A stretch of 63,627 nucleotides of DNA, counting the filler, from Reclinomonas americana ATCC 50394 (taxonomy: Eukaryota): the NCBI GenBank assembly GCA_048213135.1. It is 18 parts of 18 records of this genome, joined end to end, with 100 filler letters (N's around TTAATTAATTAA, not from the genome) between each part and the next. Parts side by side here need not be neighbours in the genome. Positions count along the whole stretch, not along the records: positions 22,384 to 29,327 come from AFZH01023626.1; positions 29,428 to 31,520 come from AFZH01023627.1; positions 31,621 to 33,666 come from AFZH01023629.1; 15 more parts are not named here. One strand, 5' to 3'. A program made the translations under genes and the position numbers. Position 1 is the first letter of the stretch, and each line of letters starts with the position of its first letter. Positions 22,951 through 33,529 of this stretch are shown piece by piece. Below the pieces are notes generated by a model that saw only the letters and a program-made list of their open reading frames with translations, had not been told where the DNA came from and made no database searches.

Positions 22951-24280
22951 GTCCGGTGTGCACATGGGAGAAAGGAAGGGAGGGGGGGAAGGAAGGGATT
23001 AGTGGAGAAGGAGGAGACGGGAGGGGAGGAGAGGAGAAGGGAAATGGGTGAAGGGGAAGCGAGGGGAAGGGAAGAGAGGAGAGGAGAGGGGAAATGGGTG
23101 AAGGGGAAGAGAGTAGAGGACAAGGAGGAGACGGGAGGGGATGAGACGGGATGAGACGCGAGGAGAAAAGAGAAGAAGAGAAGGAGGAGAAGGGAAGAGA
23201 GCGGAATGGAAGAGAGGAGATGAGAAGGGAAATGGGTGAAGGGGAAGAGAGGAGAGGACAAGAAGGAGACGGGAAGAGACGGGAGGAGAAGAAGAGAAGG
23301 AGGAGAAGGGAAGAGAGCGGAATGGAAGAGAGGAGAGGAGAAGGGAAATGGACGAAGGGAAGAGAGGAGAGGACAAGGAGGAGACGGGAGGGAGGCGAGT
23401 GGATGAGAAGAAAGATGGGAGGTGAAAGGAAGGGAAGAAGAAGGGAAGAAAGAAGAGGAGAAGAGAAGGAGAAGGGAAGAGAGGAAAAGAGGAGAATGAG
23501 TGAGAGGGGGATGAGAGGAAAGATGAGAGGAGATAAAGGAATGCAAGAGAAAGGAGAGGGGAAGAACGGAGAGAAGAGAGGAGGTGAGAGGTGAGATGGA
23601 GTGAATAGAAACTGGGACCAATGAGAATGTGCGATTGCTTCCTTGTGCGACAGGTTGTCCAGTGTGACTGTGTGTGTATATGTGAGTTAGTGAGCGAGGG
23701 CGAGAGAGTGAGACCAGCTCAGCCGGCAGGGATAAAAGGAGGTGAAGGGAGGAGGAATGGGGAAGCAACGGTGAAAAGAATGAGTGAGTTGTAAGATGCG
23801 TTATGTGGCCAGAGAGACACTTGGAATGAAAGCATGTATGTTGAGCGAGATGCACGAGTTTAGGTTGGCATAGAGCCCCGTATTGCAGAGGAGAGTGGAT
23901 GGACTTTGTAGACTGGAGACATTTGCATCGACTGAATGAGAATTCTTGGTCGTCTTCGGTGGTTTCTTTGCGTCAAAAGCTCGTTTCCTTTAAGTTACTC
24001 TCTGCGAGAAGCGAGCTTGAGTCAGTGTGAATATATTCCTTTTACTCACTGTGGATTACAGTATTCAATTTGGTGGCGTCGGATCGTTTACTGCCGTCGC
24101 CGGTGGTCAACTTACCGTCTGTGAGTACGAGTGGAGAGTGCGAAGAGTGCTGAGATCAAAATGAGTTGGCTTGTGTGTCGGCAGTGCCATTGCCAACATT
24201 TTCAATCCCAACCGTCGCGTCGTCATACACGGTGACAATTGGCAACACAGCCCCTATTGGTACTGTTCACCCAGCACGCC

Positions 24281-27200
24281 ATGCTCACATTCATCATCCT
24301 TCTCATACTCCTGCATCTGTCCGTAGTCACTGGCGCAACAACATCGAGCACAATCGGTCTTCGTGTTGGTTTGTCCGGACAAGTGGTGGTGTTGACGGTG
24401 CCAGTGCACGTGGCCTCGTTCCCCTTTGCCACGCCGTCATTTACACTGTTCAAGAACGCCGACTGCCGCGGAAATGTGGCCACCATCATCAGCGGCTTCA
24501 ACAGCGCGTCTGATGGCACGACCTACACCATCACATGGACATTCGACACGACTGGAGAGCCAACACCAACGAAGCAGCAGTTGTGCCTGTCGTCCACTGA
24601 TCTGGCAGGCTTCTTTAGCCTGGCGTCTGTATCCATTTGTTGCGTTCCTGCTGGAGATATTTTGCTGTCAAGTTTACTTCCTTTTTCTTCTAACGAGGCG
24701 ACCATGCAGATCGTGTCAAGGGCACTTCGGCGCCTTCTGTAACGCAGGGCATCAAGTCGCAAACTGTTGTCATTTTGTCGGGTGGTGACTTCCCATTGCT
24801 GGCTACAAGTGCCGCCAATGGCAGTAATCCAGTCACACCTGGCGGCACGCCACTGGCATTCTTCCTCTCACTCGCCACCGATTGTTTGTCGATGGACTTG
24901 CGGGCGGCTGCCTTTGTGGTCACTGCGGTGTCGCCGACGCGTATTACGGCCACGGTGTCCACAATTTCTGCGGTCTCTCTCGCCTCGTGCACGCTGGATC
25001 CGCCTGGCACGTATCAAATTTGTGGTCGGTGTGTTACGGAGGGAAGGAGGGAGGGGTGGTGGGAAAGGGAGGAGGGGAATGGGAGGAACGACGGTGAAGA
25101 AAGAGAGACAATGGGAGAGTAGGCATTACCGTTGAGAGAGATATGGGCGAGGAGAAATGGGGAAAGAGAATAGGCGTGAGAGTGAATGGTGTGGGGCAAA
25201 AAGAACAAAGCAGTGGGTGCCGGGAGGAGAGATGAAGTAGAGGTAGGTGAGCCACGAAGTAGACCGTCTGTATGTGCGAGACACATGGGAGGATTTGAAT
25301 GAGAGGGCAGTTGCGAGAGGCAATAGGGCTGAGGAACAGTAGGCAAATGATTTAGAGGCTGCAGGTGAGCCTCGTATGTGCGAGAGACATGGGAGGATGT
25401 GAATGAGAGGGCGGCTGTGAGAGGCAAAAGGGCTGAGGAACAGTAGGAAAATGAGTGAGAGACTGCAAGGTGAGCCACGTATGTGCGAGAGATGAGCGAG
25501 GATGTGAATGAGAGAGTTGTTGCGAGAGGCAAGAGGACAAAGGAGCAATAGGAAAAATGAGTGAGAGGCTGCAGGTGAGCCACGTATGTGCGAGAGATAT
25601 GCGAGGATGTGAATGAGAGAGTTGTTGCGTGAGGCAAATGAGAGTGAGAGACTGCGTGCGCGAATGAGTGGGACTTTTTGTCATTCTCTTTCTTGTTCAA
25701 CGAGAAAAGTGGAAGGATAAGAGAGAATGCGATTGATCTATCGACGTTACACCACCGTCGACTATTCCACTGACAAAATATCTGCGCACAGCTTCCAAGA
25801 CGGCTCGTATGTGCCTCTCGGTGTGACATTGACCATCACGACCGTCACCGACCCCGATGTCGGATTCATTTCTCCGACTTCGTTGCCTCTCGGTGCCAAC
25901 TACGCTGGTGTTGCATTCACCATCACGCACGCTGTCGAATTGTACTCGTTTCAAGGTGGTCGACGCTGGGTCCGACTGCAATGGTCCGGCTTCTGGTGAG
26001 TGCTGAGAATGAGAAGATTCTGGGGTGGTGGTGGGTGGAGGAGATCTGTACTCACCATTTTTGTGCCTCTCTCTCTCACATCAGCGGCCCTTGCGCTGAC
26101 GGCCTTCCAGGACGGCGTCTTTTATGCGTCGTCATGCTTCTATGGATCTGTTGCTGGCGGCCGTGGACAGTTCAAGGTGCAGCTCACGAGCTCCAAGTCG
26201 GTGTATGCCACATCCTGTGTGGTAACCACACCAGGGGCGACGTACAAGGCGGTTTCGAACAGCGACATTCATGTTACCTCGGGTATGCTGGTGCAGACAT
26301 CGTCGGTGGTGGCCAACCAGGTGGGGACAATTGTTGCGTGGAAGATGGAAGAGAGGTGAAGAGGGAAGGCGGGTGAAGAGGGAAGGCGGTCAAGGGGGAA
26401 GAGGGAAGGGGGGTGAAGAGGGAAGAGAGGTAAAGAGGGAAGAGAGGTAAAGAGGGAATGGGGGTGAAGAGGGAAAAGGGTAAAGAGGGAAGGGAAGGGA
26501 GGTGAAGTGGGGGAAAAGAGGGGATGGGAAAAGAGGTCAAGGAAGAGGGAGTTAAGAGGGAATAGGAGGAGGGAAGGAGGTGAAGAGGGAAGGGGGTAAA
26601 GACGGAATGGGAGGAGGGAGTTTCGACAAGGAGAAGGGAACTGATAATTGGCGATGTGGAAGGATGTGAGACGAGGAAGAGACGTTAGGTGGGAAGGGGG
26701 AGGGAGGGAGGTGAGGCAAGGAGAAGAGAGTTCTTGATGGTATTTTGCGGGGAAGGGACAGTGGGTGGAAGTGTGTTGTTGAGAAAGCAAGGGAGAGAGA
26801 AACAGACTGAAGATATCTGTTGAGTTTGTGTGCATTGCAAGAGAGGGAAAGGCAGAAGGGAGAAAGGGAACAGAGTAGCTTTGGAAGTGTGTGGATGGGA
26901 ACGCGTTGGGGAGGGTAACGAAGAGAAATGTGTCTGTGGAGAATTTGTGGCGCAAGAGAGGACCGTCAGGCGATGAATGGGTTGTGGTATTGTGTAGATG
27001 TGGATGCAAACGATTGAGAGATAAGAGTGCCAAGAATGGAAAGGAGAAGGAGGGAAAGGTGACGGATTGGTTGTGGCAGTGAGTGTGTTGATGGAGATGC
27101 GAAGGAGAGAGAAACAGAGAGAAGTGTGTCGGTGGAGATTGGATGGCAAGAGAAGATCGTCAGAGGGGGGATGGAAGGGATGGGTTGTGGTCGACAGTGC

Positions 27201-29327
27201 GTGCATGAATACAAGGAAGAGAGAACAAGAGAGAAGTGAGTTCGAGGAGATTGCTTGTGGTATGCGAAGGAATGCAGAAGGGGGAGGGAAAGGATTTGTC
27301 GTGGTAGATAATGTGTGGATGGATGCAAGGGAGAGGAGAAAAATGTCTGTAGAAATGTGTGTGCGTGTAACAGAGAGTCGTCTGATGGGGAAAGAAAATA
27401 ATACGTTGTTAAAGTATGTGGCTGGATGGATGCAAGGGAGAGGAGAAGAACTGTCTGTGGAAATATATGCGTGCGACAGAGAGAGTCGACAGAGGAGGGA
27501 TGGAACGGATTGTTTGCGGTTGAGGGTGTGCACATGAGAATGCATTGTAGAGATAGTAAGAATGAGACGTGTGGCGTGGAGGCTGTTCGTGTGTGGTAAG
27601 GGAGGATCGTCAGAGGTGGGAAGGGAAATGATGCCTTGTGGCAGTGTGGATGAGAATGCATTGGAGAGATAGTAACAATGAGAAGTCTGCCATGGAGGCA
27701 GTGCGTGTGGCAAGGGAGAATCATCAGACGTGGGAAGGGAATTGATACTTTGTGGCAGTGTGGATGAGAATGCATTGGAGAGAAAAAGAAGTGTGCCGTG
27801 GAGCTGTGTGTGCGGCAAGTCAGAGGGGGAAAGAGATAGCATACGTTGTGGTAGTGTGTGGATTGGATGCCATCGAGAGGGTTACAAAGCGAGCATTGTT
27901 GATGGAGGTTGATTCTGTATGCGAGAGAAAGGTTGGAGGGAGAAGAAAGGAAGGACAGGTTGTCAATATTTGTGGTATTGTGTGACGACGGTAAGAAGGA
28001 GAGAGTGAGATGGGCGGAGCGCATCAGTGGAGATTGTTCTTGTCCTACGAGAGTGAGAGACCGACTGGGGGGAGGAAAGGATTAGTTGTTCCCATGTGTG
28101 ATGTGAATGCACCGCATGAGGGGACTGGTCGTTGAGGAGGGAAGTGGCTGAGACTTTTAGGAGTGTGTGCTTGGGGATTCAACAGATGAGTGACATAGAG
28201 GATTGAAGGTCAACTGCGCGTGCGAGGAGAGGAGGTGGGGGACAGAAAGGAAATGTTGAGGTGCTGTTGATGAGATAAACAACAACAAGTGAGTCAGTCA
28301 GAGAGTTTATGTGTGAAATAGAGAGGAGTGACGGAGGAGTGGGTTGGATATCATGGCAATCTCAATCACACGATGTCCACGGCTTGCATGCTGACGTTTG
28401 CTTCCTGGTTGTGCGACAGATGAACACTGGCACTGGCACTCGCTCCGTGGAGATTACACACCGCTTTGTGCAATCGTTCCAGGCGATTCCCACTGTGCTC
28501 TTTGGCATCTCCGCTCTCTCCAATACGATTGAGGGCGACACTGACATTCGCTGCGCGAGGCCGTCGGTCACCAATTTTATGCTGACGGTGCAGTGCTCGG
28601 CACTCGGCACTGCGCAGTTCGACTCGCTCATTACCAGTTTCGTGAGATCGACTTCGTTCTCGTGCACACTTGCATGAAACTCACGACCTACGTCGCAGAT
28701 TTCATTGCCATGTACGCGGACCCTGCCGCGACGTACACACACGACAACGAGTTGCCGCGTCAGAAAGCTGCCAATGAGTGGCTGAGCCTGGCCACCGACA
28801 AGAATTTCACCACGGTTTGTTGATGCAAGCAGACCTGTACATGGCCCCTGGACTCATTCATCGCAACCACGCGGCTGTGTGAGCAGGAAGTGGTGAATGC
28901 CCATGCGTTCGGGTTTGATGAGATTCCGTCGATTGCGCTGGCGCTGACGGGTGTGCGGTCCATTCGACTCGATCCGAGTGGCACGGCACGCAGCGATAAC
29001 TTTGAGGTGGCTGTCGGTGAGGCGGCCGCTGCCACCTCGCAGGTGTTGATGACGGTGCGCGGCGATAGTCGCGTGCAGGCGTTGGAGCTGCGTTCCATGC
29101 TGGTGGGATCGCGGCTGGTGCCGCGTGACAATTCCAGTGGCTACGTGATGGTGTCGGGCGGTGAGTTTGACTGCGAAGATTTGCCGGCAGTTGTGCACGA
29201 TTACTGACATGGATCACCGACGTGTTGCACAGAGAGCACGCTGGTGGGCAACACGCCGGTGGTGGTCACCCTCATCAGCCGTCAGTCAACCCTCGGGTTG
29301 AAACAGACTGATTTCCACACCGCCGCA
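24281..29327 (+). CDS. Secreted H-type-lectin-like multidomain protein, paralog of 10639-14465; 3' truncated
   Basis: Signal peptide MLTFIILLILLHLSVVTGA. CTLDPPGTYQICG matches CLVAPAGVYHLCG of the paralog. HRFVQSFQAIPTVLFGISAL...GDTDIRCARPSVTN matches GDTSVLCGEPAVTN. FGFDEIPSIALALTGVR...SDNF matches YPFATVPTLAVALTGVR...SDNF. Confidence 0.7.
25247..25656 (+). repeat. Intronic tandem repeat, about 105-bp unit, about 4 copies
   Basis: Units start GTGAGCC at 25247, 25365, 25470 and 25575 and share TATGTGCGAGA...GGAT(G/T)TGAATGAGAG...GAGGCAA. Confidence 0.9.
27534..27835 (+). repeat. Intronic tandem repeat, about 115-bp unit, about 2.5 copies
   Basis: ATGAGAATGCATTG recurs at 27534, 27650 and 27764 with similar downstream sequence. 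Confidence 0.8.
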
Positions 29328-29427
29328 NNNNNNNNNNNNNNNNNNNNNNNNNNNNNNNNNNNNNNNNNNNNTTAATTAATTAANNNNNNNNNNNNNNNNN
29401 NNNNNNNNNNNNNNNNNNNNNNNNNNN

Positions 29428-30064
29428 CGACCAGGTCTCGCGGCTGATCTTCGGGGCGCAGGCCTCGCTGCTCGCCGGCATCGTCTCGGTTGCGATAGCG
29501 CTCGCCGTCGGCGTCCCGATCGGCCTGATCGCCGGCTGGTATGGCGGCTGGATCGACGCGGTGATCTCGCGCGTCACCGAGGCCTTGCTCGCCTGCCCCT
29601 TCCTGATCCTGGCGATAGCGCTGGCGGCCGTGCTCGGCCCGTCACTGACCAATGCGATGATCGCGATCGGGCTCTCCTTCGCACCGATCCTGATCCGTCT
29701 CGTCCGCGGGCAGGTGCTGGCGATCAAGAACGAGGAGTTCGTCGACGGCGCCCGCGCCATTGGCGGCGGCAAGCTCTACATCCTGTTCCGCCATGTCGCG
29801 CCGAACACGCTCTCGCCGATCATCGTCCAGTCGACCCTGTTCATGGCGCAGGCGATCGTGCTCGAAGCCGCCCTCTCCTTCCTTGGCCTCGGCCAGCAGC
29901 CGCCCTCGCCGTCCTGGGGCCAGATGCTCAACGTCGCCAAGAATTTCATGGAACAGGCGCCGTGGATGTCGGTCGCTCCCGGCGTCGCCATCTTCCTGGC
30001 GGTCCTGGGCTTCAACCTGCTCGGCGACGGCCTGCGCGATGCGCTCGATCCGAAGGAGCAGTGA
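29428..30064 (+). CDS. Peptide ABC transporter permease (DppC/OppC type), 5' partial
   Basis: EAA-loop EEFVDGARAIG, LEAALSFLGLG and C-terminal FNLLGDGLRDALDP. Confidence 0.93.
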
Positions 30065-30078
30065 ATGCTGCCCGCTTC

Positions 30079-30135
30079 CTCAGCCCTCATCCTGAGGAGC
30101 CGCGCAGCGGCGTCTCGAAGGATGCTCCAGAAAGC
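30079..30135 (+). repeat. REP-like palindromic repeat, left copy
   Basis: CTCAGCCCTCATCCTGAGGAGCCGCGCAGCGGCGTCTCGAAGGATGCTCCAGAAAGC, 55/57 identical to 30494-30550. Confidence 0.92.
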
Positions 30136-30169
30136 CCGGGAACTTCAAACGCTGGAGATCCAGAACGGT

Positions 30170-30469
30170 TCATGTTCTGCGCCTCGCCAGTTCGGGCAAA
30201 AGGTCCCAGTGGCCTTCGATCACGGCTTGCTTCTTTCCGCGCGACCAACCCTTGACCCGTCGCTCCATCGCAATGGCGTCCGTGATGCTCTGGAAGTGTT
30301 CCGCGAACACCAAGGCCACCGGCCGTCGCCTAAACGTGTAACTATGCGGGTAGAGACCGGCATTGTGCTGCCCGACTCTCGTCTCGACATCGACCCTAGT
30401 CGTCCCGGTGTAGAAACTACCGTCACTACAGCGGAGAATGTAGAGCCAGCAGCCATCATGCTCGCGCAT
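30170..30469 (-). CDS. Small GIY-YIG nuclease (UPF0213/YhbQ-like), 99 aa
   Basis: MREHDGCWLYILRCSDGSFYTGTT...RVGQHN...AIAMERRVKGWSRGKK has the YxL/YTG hairpin motifs, the catalytic R-x-x-x-H and a conserved E. Confidence 0.92.
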   Translation of the reverse strand: MREHDGCWLYILRCSDGSFYTGTTRVDVETRVGQHNAGLYPHSYTFRRRPVALVFAEHFQSITDAIAMERRVKGWSRGKKQAVIEGHWDLLPELARRRT

Positions 30470-30493
30470 GCTGTTACGAGTCCTTGTTCCCTT

Positions 30494-30617
30494 CTCAGCC
30501 CTCATCCTGAGGAGCCGCGTAGCGGCGTCTCGAAGTATGCTCCAGAAAGCTCCGGAAGCAGCTGGAACATCCTTCGAGACGCGCTCCTGCGGAGCGCTCC
30601 TCAGGATGAGGGCCGAG
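30494..30617. repeat. REP-like inverted doublet (BIME/REPIN-like)
   Basis: Forward copy at 30494-30550 plus an inverted copy at 30568-30617 (reverse complement CTCGGCCCTCATCCTGAGGAGCGCTCCGCAGGAGCGCGTCTCGAAGGATG). Confidence 0.92.
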
Positions 30618-30674
30618 GGTAGGAAACGCGATCCGCCCCAGAGCCGATTTTTCAAACAAGCAGTGGATAGCCCC

Positions 30675-31520
30675 ATGTTCACCACCCGTCCCGAGATCCT
30701 CGGCACCTTCGGCGTCGTCACCTCGACGCATTGGCTCGCGACCGCGTCCGGCATGGCAATGCTGGAAAAGGGCGGCAACGCCTTCGACGCCTGCGCCGCC
30801 GCCGCCTTCGTGCTGCAGGTGGTCGAGCCGCATCTCGTCGGCCCGGCCGGCGACATGCCGGCTGTGTTCTATTCGGCCGAGACCAAGAAGGTCGAAGTGC
30901 TCTGCGCCCAGGGCCCTGCGCCGGCGGCCGCTACGATCAAAGCCTATAAGGACCTCGGCATCGACATCATCCCCGGCGACGGCCTGCTCTCGACCGTGAT
31001 CCCCGGCGCCTTCGGCGGCTGGATGACGATGCTGCGCGACCATGGCCGCCTGCCCCTGCGCGAGGTGCTGGAGCCGGCGATCAGCTATTTCGAGAACGGC
31101 CACCCGATGCTGCCGCGCGTCTCGGACACGATCGCGGGGCTGAGCGACCTCTTCACCCGGGAATGGCCGAGCTCCGGCGCGGTCTATCTACCCGGCGGCA
31201 ATGTCCCCAAGGGCCGCGAGCTCTTCCGCAACCCGGCTGCGGCCGCGACCTACAAGCGCATCCTCGCCGAGGCGGAGGCCGCCGGAGGCGACCGGCAGAA
31301 GCAGATCCAGGCCGCCCATGACTGTTGGTACAAGGGCTTCGTCGCCGAGGCGATGGACGCCTTCTGCCGCACGGAAACGCCGATGGATTCGACCGGCCGC
31401 CGCCACAAGGGCCTGCTCACCGCGCAGGACATGGCCGGCTGGACGCCGCATTACGAGGCGCCGGCGAGCGTGACCTATCATGACTGGGAGGTCTTCAAGA
31501 TCGGCCCCTGGGGCCAGGGC
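30675..31520 (+). CDS. ggt: Gamma-glutamyltransferase family protein, 3' truncated
   Basis: MFTTRPEILGTFGVVTSTHWLATASGMAMLEKGGNAFDA...VVEPHLVGPAGD...PWGQG. Confidence 0.92.
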
Positions 31521-31620
31521 NNNNNNNNNNNNNNNNNNNNNNNNNNNNNNNNNNNNNNNNNNNNTTAATTAATTAANNNNNNNNNNNNNNNNNNNNNNNN
31601 NNNNNNNNNNNNNNNNNNNN

Positions 31621-32967
31621 CTGGCGCTGAGCTGGCCGATGGTGCTGACCAATGTCGCCCAGACGGCGATGACGGCGACCGACGTGATCATGATGGGCCA
31701 TCTCGGCCCGGATCTGCTCGCAGCCGGCGCGCTCGCCTCCAATCTCTACATGGCCTTCCTGATCTTCGGCATCGGCGTGATGGCGGCGGTCGCGCCGATG
31801 GTCGCGATCGAGCTCGGGCGCAACCGGCATTCGGTGCGCGATGTGCGTCGCACGGTGCGCCAAGGCTTCTGGGTGGCGGCGACCATGGCCGGGCCGATGT
31901 GGCTCTGCCTCTGGCAGGGCGAGACGATCCTTAAGGCGATGGGCCAGAGGCCGGAGCTGGCGGCAAATGCCGCCTCCTACCTGCACACCCTGCAATGGGG
32001 GCTGCTGCCCTTCTATTGCTATCTCGTCCTGCGCGGCTTCCTGGCGGCGCTGCAGCGACCGTTCTGGGTCTTCGTGACCGTGCTCTTCGCCGTCGCCTTC
32101 AACGCCTTCGCCAACTGGGTTCTGATGTTCGGCAGGCTCGGCTTTCCGGCGCTCGGCCTGCCCGGCTCGGGGCTGGCAACGGCACTGGCCTCGACCCTGA
32201 TGTTCGCCGGCCTTGCCCTGGTGGTCTCGCTCGACCGGCGCCTCCGGCGCTACCACCTGTTCGGGCGCTTCTGGCGGCCGGACTGGAGCCGCTATCGCGC
32301 CTTCTGGCGGATGGGTCTGCCGATCGGCACCACCGTCGGTTTCGAGGTCTGGATCTTCAACGGCGCCGCCTTCCTGATGGGATTGCTCGGCCCGACTTCG
32401 CTGGCCGCTCATGCGATCGCGATCCAGATCGCCTCCCTGTGCTTCATGGTGCCGATGGGCATCGGCCAGGCCGGGACAGTCAGGGTCGGGCGCGCCTTCG
32501 GCGCCGGCGACAACGAGGGCATCGCCCGGGCCGGAGCGACGGCGCTCGCGCTCGCCACCGCCTTCATGTGTTTCACCGCCCTGCTAATGCTCCTAGTCCC
32601 GCACTGGCTCGTCGTACCGTTCCTCGACGCCGGCAAGCCGCGCGCCGCCGAGGTGGCGCAGCTCGCCATGCTGTTCCTGTTCTATGCGGCGATCTTCCAG
32701 ATCGTCGACGGCGTGCAGGTGGTCGGCGTCTCGATCCTGCGCGGGCTGCGCGACACACGCGTGCCGATGCTCTTCGCCGGCCTCGGCTATTGGGGGATCG
32801 GCCTGCCGCTCTCGGCAGCGCTCGGCTTCCTGACTCCGCTCGCCGGCGTCGGCATCTGGATCGGGCTCGCGACCGGCCTTGCGATCGTCGCTGCTCTGAT
32901 GCTGGCCCGCTGGTTCGCCCGCCAGCGACTCGGCTTGACGAAGCCGACCGGCCAGCCGGCCTCGTAG
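31621..32967 (+). CDS. MATE family efflux transporter (NorM-like), 5' partial
   Basis: TDVIMMGHLG, LAAHAIAIQ, ILRGLRDTRVPM and about 12 hydrophobic segments. Confidence 0.93.
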   Translation: MALSWPMVLTNVAQTAMTATDVIMMGHLGPDLLAAGALASNLYMAFLIFGIGVMAAVAPMVAIELGRNRHSVRDVRRTVRQGFWVAATMAGPMWLCLWQGETILKAMGQRPELAANAASYLHTLQWGLLPFYCYLVLRGFLAALQRPFWVFVTVLFAVAFNAFANWVLMFGRLGFPALGLPGSGLATALASTLMFAGLALVVSLDRRLRRYHLFGRFWRPDWSRYRAFWRMGLPIGTTVGFEVWIFNGAAFLMGLLGPTSLAAHAIAIQIASLCFMVPMGIGQAGTVRVGRAFGAGDNEGIARAGATALALATAFMCFTALLMLLVPHWLVVPFLDAGKPRAAEVAQLAMLFLFYAAIFQIVDGVQVVGVSILRGLRDTRVPMLFAGLGYWGIGLPLSAALGFLTPLAGVGIWIGLATGLAIVAALMLARWFARQRLGLTKPTGQPAS

Positions 32968-33082
32968 CGACATCGCGGCCGCAAGGTAACGATTCATTTA
33001 CTCCAGGTTGCATTTTCGCGCATCCTGTCGGACACTTCCTGCAACGATCCCTCATGCTACCGCGCTGAATGGGGAGGAGGTC

Positions 33083-33505
33083 GTGACGCCGCAGGATATC
33101 GCGCTGATCCGGTCGAACTTTGCGCAACTGCATCGGCGCAAGATCGAGACGGCATGCCTGTTCTATGAGCGGCTCTTCACCACGATGCCGGGCACGCGCG
33201 TCCTGTTCAAGACGGATATCGAGGCGCAGGCGGCCAAGCTGATCGAGACGCTCACGGTTGCGCTCGCCATGTTGAACGACCCGACGGGGCTCAATGCACT
33301 GCTCGCGCGGCTCGGCGAGCGCCATAGCGGCTACGGTGTCCGGCCGGCCCATTACGAAGCGGTCCGCAGCGCCCTGCTCTGGACGCTGGAGACGTCGTTG
33401 GGAGAGGCCTTCACGGCGCAGGCGCGAACGGCCTGGAGCGAGCTCTACGACCAGATGGCGGCGACGATGCTCGCCGCCGCCACGCCGAGCCAGCGCACGG
33501 CCTGA
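33083..33505 (+). CDS. Single-domain globin (flavohemoglobin-type globin domain)
   Basis: GGAGGAGG RBS before GTG. Sequence has LFYERLF...LF (CD1 Phe) and LGERHSGYGVRPAHY (proximal His). Confidence 0.9.
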   Translation: MTPQDIALIRSNFAQLHRRKIETACLFYERLFTTMPGTRVLFKTDIEAQAAKLIETLTVALAMLNDPTGLNALLARLGERHSGYGVRPAHYEAVRSALLWTLETSLGEAFTAQARTAWSELYDQMAATMLAAATPSQRTA

Positions 33506-33529
33506 TTCGCGATAATATTCAACCGCCGT

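Noticed and set aside
30079..30617. CRISPR array or classical IS element
   Set aside because: Only three copies, one inverted, with no regular spacers, no cas genes and no DDE/HUH transposase motifs.
30065..30856. ORFs 30065-30622 (+), the N-terminal extension of 30170-30856 (-) and the upstream extension of ggt from 30468
   Set aside because: They read through the REP repeats or antisense to real genes. Family motifs begin at 30469 (nuclease) and 30675 (ggt).
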